A stretch of 64,000 bases of DNA from Macrostomum lignano. Lineage: Eukaryota. Below, in pieces: positions 11,323-22,894 of this stretch. A model generated the notes under the pieces. The model ran no database searches. It worked only from the letters and a program-made list of their open reading frames with translations, and was not told where the DNA came from. The stretch is taken from NCBI GenBank assembly GCA_002269645.1, contig NIVC01000989.1:1-64000 (forward strand). Direction: 5' to 3'. The first letter of the stretch is position 1, and each line of letters starts with the position of its first letter. The translations under genes were made by a program, and so were the position numbers.

Positions 11323-12872
11323 TCATACGGCAGAACCATTTGAAACTCGGTAAAATCTGATGGACAGTCCTTCCTGCTGGCACACGGCAAGCAGCTCTGA
11401 GTCGCCTTCGACGGTGCCCAAGACACACGGACAGTGCATTTTGTCTCGGCCTCTGCCAGCCTCGCCCTCGACTCCGACAGTCTGCAGCACAGTGCCGTCA
11501 CTTTGCATCACACGAACCACATGCCTATTATACTCGCTGACGAACACCAGACCTGAACGATGAGCCACAACTCCTGCAGGACTCAGAAGCTCATCAAGAC
11601 GACTTCGGCTTGTCGGGTAGGTCGAGATCAGCTGACCGCTGACGATGCACACTTTGTAGATCTTTTTAGCTGCCCAATCAGTGATCAGCACCGCATGGTC
11701 GATGACCGACATAGATTCCGAGCGATCTGGGGAACTGGGCACGCCACCGGCAGAACCGGAGGTCTGCAGCTGGCCGCTGTCTTTGTCGATGCACAGCAGC
11801 TGCATTTCCGAGCCGCTTTTGTCCAGAGCAATTATCTTGTCAGAGCTGCAGGTCAGCCCCATAAATCTGACAGGCCGTCCGAGGCTGCTCGAGTTGATCT
11901 CGAGTGACACCTGACCGCTCAGGTCCGACACCTTGACCACGTTTTTCTGCGAGATGTACAGAGCTTGGCGCTTGCTGTCACAGCTGAGTCCTGTGATTGG
12001 CGTGGACCAGTCGAGGTCGACTTGAACTTTCAGCCTCACGGATCCGTCAATCGAACACGCGAGAAGGTAATCCAGATCGGATCGCAAATCAAAAGCTACG
12101 AACAGACACGGCTCGGAAGCATCTGTGCACCATCGACCGCAGACTCCGCCTTCACCACTTTGCTGCCTGAAGCATCAGCGGAGAAGCCCTTCGTGTTGCT
12201 GCAGCATGAAACCCAAGCAGGCGCACCATCGAGTTCTTGGATCTCGCTGTGGAACTCACAAATGCTCTGCTTCTCCTCTCTCAGCGGACTAACACTCTCG
12301 AACAGCTTCATCACGTCCTCGAACTGCCTGTCGATGCTCAGCTGCAAGTCTCTCAGAGCTCCGCAAACGTCACCCAGCTTCAGTCGTCCTTGTTCGTCTC
12401 CACCAGACACAGCGTTTTCGAGATCGCTGCACTCCAGCTCCATGCGAGAGCACTGCTCAAAGATGCCTCGAAGATTGTTGGCGCTTTCCGCCGCTGCCAT
12501 CGAGCTGTCGAACTCCTGCAGCACTGCGAAGTCGCTCAGCTTCTGCCTTGCTGCGTCAGTTGTGGCAGTGAGTCGATTCGTAACAGCTTCCTTGTGCTTC
12601 ATCAGCGACTCAATGGCGGCATTGAGCAGATCCTCAGTGACCTGTAGCTTCGCTTCTAGCGCCTGCGAGTCCATTCTTAGCAGGTCGCGAACGAGCCTCA
12701 GAGGCTGCAGCCTCGCTTCGACTCTGGCATGAATTTCGCGCACTCTGTCGGAGTCTCGGTCCAGGTGTCTCTGGCACAGAGGCTGCAGTGTCTGAGCTCC
12801 GGTGCCAGCAGCTGCTTCGCTGCAGGTGGCCAGGGAGCAGCGCCGACTGCCTGCTTGAGTGGCTTCGGTCAT
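11323..12872 (-). CDS. NHL propeller / coiled-coil gene, copy 3 (single G missing in a homopolymer)
   Basis: ORFs 12096..12872 and 11323..12087 join into ~516 aa if GG at 12115-12116 is GGG, as in copies 1 and 2. Confidence 0.8.
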
Positions 12873-14809
12873 GGCTCATCTGAGCTGAAGAGGAGAGTTT
12901 GGAGATGCTGAGGCATTGTGGAGCGTGTGCTCAGGGAACTGCAGAAGCTGCACTTTTAGTCCGATGGAGGGGCTCAGGAACTCATTTAGGACAAATGCTG
13001 ACGTATTTCAATAATGGAACCATTTTGATTCAAAGTTTGTTGCAACTAAAAATGATTAATTCTACCCCTCTTTTCACTTATCGTCCATCATTCATTTAAA
13101 TTTCTATGGTGTGTCACTTACACTTTTTGTGACACATCTGGCCGGCATTTATTGGAAAATGCTTGTTCTTGCTTGCCTGTTATAATGAATAACAGAAATG
13201 AGAATTCAAGTTGAGAATTTGAGTCAAAACTTATGGATGAAACTTTCGAGATAGTTGCAGCAGTAGTCATGAAGATTAGCGAGGCTTAGCTAAGTTACCA
13301 GCTTGAAATATATTACAGACAGTTTATAATACACAAACCAAATTGTATAAATTATTCAAAACAAAAAAAGTTAAACAATAAAAATGTTGGAACATTTAGA
13401 CTAAGTTACTACAGTGTGTCTGAAAATCGATATTGATAATATACTGATAATATTATAATTTTAACAATTATATTATTATTTTCATAATATTAACGTATAA
13501 TCTATTATATTAATAATAGTATAATTATCAGTAAAAAAAATTATATCTAGCTACAATGACTGCAAGTAATAAAACAGCATTTGTAAATAAAATAAGAAAC
13601 ATTATTTAATATTTCAGTCTAACGAATTTCTGCCTGTGCATTTTTTATTTTAAAAGATAAAGAAAATTAAATATTTGAAAACCTGACCATTTAAAAAATA
13701 TATTGTCTTCATTTATGCATACAGACAGGTAAATCTAAAATTATTAGTGACTTATTTAATCGACAGACTACAGATTACAGACTGTTTGTTTATCAATATT
13801 AATTAATATTGTAATGATAAGTCAATTAAAATCGCCAGCTTATGCGTTCTATTTTGACTAAGTTAGCTTTTTTGTTCAAAATTATATTACAAATCGATTC
13901 ACAACGCAGTCAAAGGTTAACATTAATTATTGCATACAAACAATGTCTTGGTTTGAAACTCAAAACAGATTAATAATAATAATATAAAATAATCATAAAT
14001 AATCATATAAAATGATAATAATAAAAATTAATAATTTGCATGTAAACGACTAGTATATTGTATTAGTTACTAGTCCGCAGCAGCCATACTGAGTGCTATC
14101 TTAAATAGTATACTCGTCCGACTTCGGGTAAAGATTCGAAAAACTTAACCCGAATAAGGTATCATGTTAAATGCGTGCGCTCTAATGAAGCAGTGTATAA
14201 GTAAAACAAAAAGTTGAATTCCTATAGATTTACACGTCAATTTTTCAAGATACAGTACAGGTATAGCAATATCTTTCACACGGTCAGAATTAGGAAACAG
14301 CTTTCCAAAATATGTTTTTTTTCTTTCGCACCAACGAGTCACAGGCTTTACCTGCATGTGTAAACAATCAATCAAACACTAAACTGGACATTTGTATGAG
14401 GAGCTGGTGGATGTACATGTACTCGTAACTTTGTTTAGACGTTTAATGGTCTTTGTCCGGCTATACGCAATCGAAGTCCATATATGCAACCAATGAAATT
14501 GTTTACTTGAACGATGTACATGTTGAGAATAAGGACCATGCAGATAGCAAAGACAGACAAACGGAGAGAATAAATGTGCAAGAATATTCATTTGATTGAG
14601 CTTGAAAGGGAAGATCAGGGAAGAAAGAGTTCCAATACCACTCGAGGAGCCAATCAGCTGTCAGCAGCCCTTATAATCCTCATCAGCCGACCAAGGCAAA
14701 ACGGATCAAATATACGAAGCCCCGATCAGACGAAAAAAAGAGCGAAAATACTCTAACGCCCTCGTGCGAAAGGTTTTACTTTTCTCAGCTCAACCTCCAC
14801 CGCTCAAGG

Positions 14810-15532
14810 ATGTCTCTCCACAGTCTGCCCTCAGCAACTCCAAACGCCACCGATCACCGCTCCTCATTCGTCTCCTGCTCCGTCAGCAGCCCCTACAAAC
14901 TCTCCCATCGCCTGCTGCTCGCCTCCCTCGGCTCTCTGCTTGCCGGCTACGTAACCTTCGTCAACGCGGCCATCTTTGCCGTCTTCCTTCGCGACCGCAG
15001 CGTCCACCGCGTCCCCGGTCACGTGTTCATCGTCGGCCTGATGGTGAGCAGCGACATTCTTGTTGGCATGCTGGCTCTGCCGGGCTACCTGGTGAGAACC
15101 CTGTGCGGTGGCTGGCCGCTGCCGAAATGGTCCTGCGACCTGTGGATCACGGTGGACTACATCAGCACTAACGTTGGCATGCTGAGCGTGACCACTGTTG
15201 CTTTCGACAGATTTTTAGCTACTAACTTTGTGTTCCTGCACAAGCGATGGATGCACCGCGCCAATCAGCTCCGTCTGTGCGCCGCGGTGTGGCTCGTCAC
15301 CTCCGCCAGGTGCATCGCCACCTTCCCCATGTGGGCCGTGCTGTCCGGCTTCCGGGCCAGGGAGGCTTTCGGTGCCTGCGGCCATCCGATTTACCAGGAC
15401 ACCGCGGCGGGCATTGCACACCGGACGGTGGCCTTGTACATCCCCATCGTGCTGCTGGTCTTTTTTTACGGCGCTGTGGTCTTCCGCATTCTCAAGTCCT
15501 CTCGCGCTTTTGGTGCCACTTCGACCAACGCG
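14810..15532 (+). CDS. Class A GPCR, aminergic/muscarinic-like, exon 1 (TM1-TM5)
   Basis: N-glycosylation NAT, TM1 N, TM2 SDILVG, ECL1 WPLPKWSCDLW, TM3 Asp in VDY, DRF motif. Phase-0 donor GTGAGT at 15533. Confidence 0.9.
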
Positions 15533-15547
15533 GTGAGTCTTGGATAT

Positions 15548-16007
<460 letters not shown>

Positions 16008-16518
16008 AAGTAAGTCCATTACTCGCAATCTGTGATATCATTCCAAAGCCTTTTGTTTAATCTCAATAGGGTGTTCTTGTCGTTCGTGCCGTCTCAATGA
16101 GCCGCCCAGTAATTGGATGAGGATTTTAATTAATTATTTGTTTTTAAGAGACCGAAGGAATAATCAAAGTTTGATAATAATGAACGGGATTGTCTAGTGA
16201 ACTCTGGAACAAAGGCCAAGAGTTAATAAAAGCTAAGAAATAAAATACTCATAAAAGCACGAGCTGTCTTGTCGAATATCTGTTCGGTAATATTCGGATT
16301 TCATCTCCCAAAAGATAAGAAAATATTTCAAGATATTCGAGGATTAAAAAATAGATTTAACAACTGTTCTAGCTTTTCTTTATCATAGAGTTTAATCTAC
16401 AGGTCTATCACGACAAACATATTAAATATGCGATATTTATTGATTATTATTCCAAGATTCATTGATAATAGAATTGTACCATAATTGTAGCATTACAGAA
16501 AGAAAAGCAGTCTGGTAA

Positions 16519-17414
16519 CCAAGAGACAGGGCCGCGCTCACAAAGAGACAGGGGCGACCACCAAGAGACAGGGGCGCCCAACCAAGAGACAGGGGCGCCC
16601 AACAAAGAGACAGGGGGCGCTCACTAAGAGACGGGCGCCCACCAAGAGACAGGGGCGCTCACTAAGAGACGGGCGCCCACCAAGAGACAGGGGCGCTCAC
16701 TAAGAGACGGGCGCCCACCAAGAGACAGGGGCGCTCACTAAGAGACGGGCGCCCACCAAGAGACAGGGGCGCCCAACAAAGAGACAGGGGGCGCTCACTA
16801 AGAGACGGGCGCCCACCAAGAGACAGGGGCGCTCACTAAGAGACGGGCGCCCACCAAGAGACAGGGGCGCCCAACAAAAAGACAGGGGGCGCTCACTAAG
16901 AGACGGGCGCCCACCAAGAGACAGGGGGCGCCCAACCAAGAGACAGGGGCGACCACCAAGAGACAGGGGCCAAGGACTTCTAGACTAACAGGACGTAAAA
17001 CTCAAAGATCGTGCAAGTTTTTGGAGGCCACGATTTCCTGGAAAAAATACACTGCGAAGATAGGAAAAAAAAATAAAGTGAAAACAATATGAAAATGAAA
17101 ACTTCACTACACAGCTATATGAAAATATAATAGAGTAACATATTGTGCATGTTAAATTAAAAGAATGGTAGTCTTCACTGCCCCAGATCAAATACAATCA
17201 CAGATTTTGTGACGAAAAACTGATTTTTTCCTATCTTCGCAGTGTATTTTTTCCAGGAAATCGTGGCCTCCAAAAAATTGTACGATCTTTCAGTTTTACG
17301 TCCTGTTAGTCTAAAAGTCCTTGACAGGGGCGCCCAACCAAGAGACAGGGGGCGCCGACTAAGAGACAGGGGCGCTCACTAAGAGACGGGCGCCCACCAA
17401 TAGACAGGGGGCGC
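16519..17414. repeat. GC-rich minisatellite (ccaagagacaggggcgc... units), interrupted by a MITE
   Basis: Variable ~19-22-bp units at 16519-16970 that resume at 17324-17414. Confidence 0.9.
16971..17323. mobile_element. MITE with ~100-bp TIRs and 8-bp TSD (hAT- or P-like)
   Basis: CAAGGACTT...AAGTCCTTG termini with ~100 bp of near-perfect inverted repeat. ACAGGGGC is duplicated at 16963-16970 and 17324-17331. No coding capacity. Confidence 0.88.
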
Positions 17415-17698
17415 TTCTCTAAACTCGCACGTTCTCGAAACAATTTATTTTATAACACAAAAACAAAACGTGGCTATCCTGTTTTATAACTGGTGCGAGC
17501 TGGTAGCAAATATCGAATTTCACATTATGCATCACATTTTATAGTTTGCGTCTTTGTTATACCGGGTCAAACCTCAGTTCAGTAACTATTCTTACATGTA
17601 ATAGTTAAATGACACATTAAAAAGAATCTTAACGGTAGAACTACCGAGAGGGAGGGAAAATTCCCCCCTGACAATTTTTTGCTGCGCCGGAACGGAGC

Positions 17699-18268
17699 AA
17701 CGCTGACACACGAAATTCAAGAGCACGGGTCAACTTTTTGTTGCGCACCTTCTCAAAAAGAATCAAGTCGCTAGCCCTCTAGACCGTCGAGATATTCGAC
17801 GATTCTGCCAGAAGGTCGGATTTTTCCCATAAGCGCCTGTGTATTCAGTACACCCCTGTGCGCCAATTAGCACTGCGCCTCAGTGCAGCCTTGCCAAGCC
17901 TCCAAATTTCATCAGCACGTCGACCGCATGTGTCTGCATCAGTTCTGACTTTGTTGGTCACTGGCCTTCACCCAGGCGGAGCTTCTGGACCTTCAGCAGG
18001 TGGCACCAGGTGACTATGGACACCCTGATGCGGATTTCTCTAGTTTCGTCGATCAAGTCTCGACAGTGGACAAGCCTCAACTGCTGGACATCCTCAGCTA
18101 GTCTCTCAAGCATTCCGTCATCACTCCGACGCCGTCCGCTCCTTCAAAAGGTGGCGCAAGGTGATCATGAGGTCTATCTACGCAAGGAGGGCTGGCGACT
18201 TGATTCTTGTTTGAGAAGGTGTGCAACAAAAAGTTGGTTCGTGTTCTTGAATTTCGAGTGCCTGCGTT
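17699..18268. mobile_element. Dispersed element bounded by ~80-bp imperfect inverted repeats (family unassigned)
   Basis: 17699-17777 is an inverted copy of 18189-18268. About 250 bp of it recurs in inverted orientation at 48632-48879. No TSD identified. Confidence 0.55.
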
Positions 18269-18334
18269 CTAGGAAGCGAAGCGTCTTAAAAGTCTTTCAA
18301 ATCAAGTCGTTCACCCACTAAAACCTGATTGCAG

Positions 18335-18973
18335 GCTCGTCAGTCAAGAAGCCCCAATCACCGCTTGGCTGCTGCAGCCTCCTCGCTGCAGGAGAGCTGC
18401 GTGGACACCGCTTCGCAGTCGCTAATAGCTACAGCTGGTGGCAGCGGAGTTAACAGCCGACTCTCCCGTCAGCATGCCGGCGTACATGGACGTCGAAGTT
18501 CAACCCTGGCCAACCGACTAGTGAAATCGTTCCGCATTGTCACCTGCGTACTGATCTCCTTCCTGCTCACCAATATGCCCTGGCAAGTGGTTGAGAACAT
18601 GATCGTCACAGGGACAACCAACCTGACCAGCACAGATTGGCTCTACGTCCTGTTCTGGATACTCAGCTACATGAACGCGTTTCTGAATCCTCTGTTCTAC
18701 TGTTTTATGAACAAAGGATACCGACTGGCCATTGCGCGCTTTCTGAGGTGTCAGTCTGGCCAGCAGCAACTGCAGCATCAGCAGCTTCAGCATTTACTGC
18801 AGCAGCATCACCAGCTGAACCATCAGAGCAGCGGAGGAGGTACTGCAGCAGCTGCTGCACATGGATCTCAACCACAGAAGCCACACCGCCTGGCCTCAGA
18901 TGGTTCAGCAGTGAAGACGCACCCGCGGTCTTACAATAGAGTTGTTCATCTGGCTAGAGGTTCGGCTCCGTGA
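18335..18973 (+). CDS. Class A GPCR exon 2 (ICL3 end, TM6, TM7, C-tail)
   Basis: Acceptor TTGCAG ends at 18334 in phase 0, matching exon 1. TM6 SFRIVTCVLISFLLTNMPWQV and TM7 SYMNAFLNPLFY (NPxxY) follow. The joined protein is 453 aa; AATAAA lies at 19023. Confidence 0.88.
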   Translation, partial: ARQSRSPNHRLAAAASSLQESCVDTASQSLIATAGGSGVNSRLSRQHAGVHGRRSSTLANRLVKSFRIVTCVLISFLLTNMPWQVVENMIVTGTTNLTSTDWLYVLFWILSYMNAFLNPLFYCFMNKGYRLAIARFLRCQSGQQQLQHQQLQHLLQQHHQLNHQSSGGGTAAAAAHGSQPQKPHRLASDGSAVKTHPRSYNRVVHLARGSAP

Positions 18974-19117
18974 TTACGAGTTGTCCGAGTGAAGTGCACA
19001 CGATCAATTTGACTTAATTTGAAATAAAGAAACTCAAAGCAATTGTTAAACTTAATTTTTTGCACTATAGAAAAAAACCCATACCAGTTCACTACTGAAA
19101 TCTACCAGTTAGTCTAT

Positions 19118-19793
19118 TAGTATACCCACTCTACATCCGGGTCAATCTACCAGTATACCCACTCTATAACCGGGTCAATCTACCAGTATACCCACTCTAT
19201 ATCCGGGTCAATCTACCAGTATACCCACTCTATATCCGGGTCAATCTACCAGTATACCCACTCTACATCCGGGTCAATCTACCAGTATACCCACTCTATA
19301 TCCGGGTCAATCTACCAGTATACCCACTCTACATCCGGGTCAATCTACCAGTATACCCACTCTACATCCGGGTCAATCTACCAGTATACCCACTCTATAT
19401 CCAGGTCAATCTACCAGTATACCCACTCTATAACCGGGTCAATCTATCAGTATACCCACTCTATAACCGGGTCAATCTACCAGTATACCCACTCTATAAC
19501 CGGGTCAATCTACCAGTATACCCACTCTATATCCGGGTCAATCTATCAGTATACCCACTCTACATCCGGGTCAATCTACCTGGTACCAGTATACCCACTC
19601 TATAACCGGGTCAATCTACCAGTATACCCACTCTATATCCGGGTCAATCTACCAGTATACCCACTCTATATCCGGGTCAATCTATCAGTATACCCACTCT
19701 ACATCCGGGTCAATCTACCTGGTACCAGTATACCCACTCTATAACCGGGTCAATCTACCAGTATACCCACTCCACATCCGGGTCAATCTACCA
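19118..19793. repeat. 33-bp minisatellite (ccagtatacccactctatatccgggtcaatcta)
   Basis: About 20 tandem units between the convergent GPCR and POLR3E 3' ends. Confidence 0.95.
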
Positions 19794-20204
19794 TTACCCT
19801 TGTACACCCGTGTCAATAAAAAATAACTCACTCTGATACATCTGTGTTCTGACAGCTGCACCCACTAGTACCCATTCTCACAATTGTTCAAAATGGATAA
19901 AGAAAGAATTGACACTCTTAATAAAGCAAGCTTATCTGTTTATCAAAAAGCACAACTATGTATTGAATCAACTGACCTGATACGCCTGTAAGAGCATTGC
20001 CTGTTTATGTCTCAAACACCGACAGAACAAATTTATTGTCACTTGTCAAAGACGTACAAATACCTTAAAATGATCGATTTTTTTAGTATCCTAGATTTTT
20101 TACTTTTAGTTATCTAAATGCCAGATCGGTCATAGTAGCAGATGAAACATAAAGTACATGAGCAGTACTCAAAATCACACACCTGATCAAAGTTCTCCGC
20201 GAAC

Positions 20205-20835
20205 CCCCACCCATCCTCCTCCTATAACAGCCACCCCTCCTCCTCCTGTAACACTCACCCCTCCTCCTCCGCTAACACCCACCCCTTCTCCTCCGCTAAC
20301 ACCCACCCCACCTCCTCCTGTAACACTCACCCCTTCTCCTCCGCTAACACCCACCCCTTCTCCTCCGCTAACACCCACCCCTTCTCCTCCGCTAACACCC
20401 ACCCCTTCTCCTCCGCTAACACCCACCCCTTCTCCTCCGCTAACACCCACCCCTTCTCCTCCGCTAACACCCACCCCTTCTCCTCCGCTAACACCCACCC
20501 CTTCTCCTCCGCTAACACCCACCCCTTCTCCTCCTAACACCCACCCCTCCTCCGCTAACACCCAACCCTCCTCCGCTAACACCCACCCCTCCTCCGCTAA
20601 CACCCACCCCTCCTCCGCTAACACCCACCCCTCCTCCGCTAACACCCAACCCTTCTCCGCTAACACCAACCCCTCCTCCGCTAACACCCACCCCTCCTCC
20701 GCTAACACCCACCCCTCCTCCGCTAACACCCACCCCTCCTTCGCTAACACCCACCCCTCCTCCGCTAACACCCACCCCTCCTCCGCTAACACCCACCCCT
20801 CCTCCGCTAACACCCAACACTTCTCCGCTAACACC
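20205..20835. repeat. 24-bp then 21-bp C-rich minisatellite (ctcctccgctaacacccaccc)
   Basis: Tandem units that begin about 65 nt downstream of the POLR3E stop. Confidence 0.95.
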
Positions 20836-20901
20836 AACACCTCTATCATAGTTAATTCAGATTGACAGGCGATAAATCCAGCAAAAAAGCTATACATCAA
20901 T

Positions 20902-21348
20902 CTAGTGCTGATATCCCTTAGCATAATAGGCTTTACCGCGAAACACGCAATAGTCTTTAACTAGCGATTTCAAAGTTGATTCGGGCAGCGGTTCCAGCTG
21001 GGCGGCGTCGAACCGCGCTCTGAGTTGGGCCAGCGTCACCTGAGCATTGCCGGCCTTCAATGCGGCTAATAATTCTTGACGATGACGCGCGTGAGGAGGC
21101 TGGGAGTCCAATTGGGATGAGCCGCTGCTCTGGGGACTGTAGGCGTACAGACGGCAGCCACTGCCGCCCTGAAAGATCACCAAACCGGCTGATTCAGCAG
21201 CCGAGTCGAACAGTCTGCGGCACGCTTCATCGGATGCTGGAAGGGAGGCGGCTGCTGCTGCGGCAGCGTCTCCGCTGCCACCGTCTGGCGAGGCAGTCTC
21301 GGCGCGATAGAAACGGACTAGCTCTTCGAGACCTGCCACCATGCGGTC
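20902..21348 (-). CDS. POLR3E: RNA polymerase III subunit RPC5, coding exon 8 (terminal)
   Basis: Phase-0 CAG acceptor at 21349. The C-terminus LKSLVKDYCVFRGKAYYAKG resembles the end of RPC5. Stop at 20902. Confidence 0.8.
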   Translation of the reverse strand, partial: DRMVAGLEELVRFYRAETASPDGGSGDAAAAAAASLPASDEACRRLFDSAAESAGLVIFQGGSGCRLYAYSPQSSGSSQLDSQPPHARHRQELLAALKAGNAQVTLAQLRARFDAAQLEPLPESTLKSLVKDYCVFRGKAYYAKGYQH

Positions 21349-21398
21349 CTGGGTTCGATTCAGGGAGGGAGGGGTGGAGTGACTTGTATTATGGTGAT

Positions 21399-22265
21399 TC
21401 CCACCCTGCATCTCCAATGGTTTCTCACACCCTGCATCTCCAATGGTTTCTCACACCTTGCATCTCCAATGGTTTCTCACACCTTGCATCTCCAATGGTT
21501 TCTCACACCCTGCATCTCCAATGGTGTCTCACACCCTGCATCTCCAATGGTTTCTCACACCCTGCATCTCCAATGGTGTCTCACACCCTGCATCTCCAAT
21601 GGTGTCTCACACCCTGCATCTCCAATGGTTTCTCACACCTTGCATCTCCAATGGTTTCTCACACCTTGCATCTCCAATGGTTTCTCACACCCTGCATCTC
21701 CAATGGTGTCTCACACCCTGCATCTCCAATGGTTTCTCACACCCTGCATCTCCAATGGTGTCTCACACCCTGCATCTCCAATGTTTTCTCACACCCTGCA
21801 TCTCCAATGGTTTCTCACACCCTGCATCTCCAATGGTGTCTCACACCCTGCATCTCCAATGGTTTCTCACACCCTGCATCTCCAATGGTTTCTCACACCC
21901 TGCATCTCCAATGGTTTCTCACACCCTGCATCTCCAATGGTTTCTCACACCCTGCATCTCCAATGGTTTCTCACACCCTGCATCTCCAATGGTGTCTCAC
22001 ACCCTGCATCTCCAATGGTTTCTCACACCCTGCATCTCCAATGGTTTCTCACACCCTGCATCTCCAATGGTTTCTCACACCCTGCATCTCCAATGGTTTC
22101 TCACACCCTGCATCTCCAATGGTGTCTCACACCCTGCATCTCCAATGGTGTCTCACCCTTCACCCAGCAGTCTCACCCTCCAACCCAGCAGTCTCACCCT
22201 TCACCCAGCAGTCTCACCCTCCAACCCAACACTTTCACCCTCCACCCAGCAGTCTCACCCTCCCA
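21399..22265. repeat. 26-bp minisatellite filling POLR3E intron 7
   Basis: Tandem ctcacaccctgcatctccaatggttt, with a shorter derived unit at ~22150-22265. Confidence 0.95.
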
Positions 22266-22302
22266 CCAGTCAAAATTCGCAGAACCCGGTCCCCAAACTG
22301 AC

Positions 22303-22791
22303 CTGCAATTTAGTCAATAAAAAAGCTCTTATTCGCTGTTCCAATTCGCTGCCACCGCCGGACGAAGATTCGAACTCGCGACCTTGTTGACCTTGCTGAC
22401 GCCGCCTCGGGCTGGGACTTCTACTCCGACTATTGTTGGATTGTTGATTATTATCCACCTCGTCTCCGCCGACGCTCTCGCACATGGACACGCACTGGCG
22501 TCGAGAGTACAGGCGTCTCTGCTGCCGCCCACCTCCTCGACTGCCGCCTCCACCACGACTTGGACTCTGTCGACTAGAAGTCGTCGAGGACGAATCGGAC
22601 GAGCTGGCATCACCGCCGCCTCCGCCGCAGTGCGAGTAGCGAGCCGACCGAGTTCGAGACCGACGGGACGACCCAGAGCCGGAGTGTTGAGCAGCGTCCG
22701 AGATCGAAGCGGTGCGAAAATGACGAGACGCTTTGTCTAGCTTCAACTGCTCAGACAGCAGCTTCCACTTGACGTCCCAGTAGTAGCGGGC
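22303..22791 (-). CDS. POLR3E: RPC5 coding exon 7 (Ser/Arg-rich linker)
   Basis: AG acceptor before ARYYWDVKWK, continuing NPDVVKK from the previous exon. GTCAGT donor at 22302, phase 0/0. Confidence 0.8.
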
Positions 22792-22894
22792 CTTCGGGTT
22801 TGGCATTTGGAATCAGTTTTTATACTTGTAGGATTGCGACTGCATTAATACGTTACTTGAAGTAGTGGGGACTTTCAGTTTATTATCTAAGGAT

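Noticed and set aside
5044-12872. Diversity-generating retroelement as the cause of NHL variation
   Set aside because: Differences are not adenine-specific, and there is no template repeat or adjacent RT. Recombination plus selection explains the pattern.
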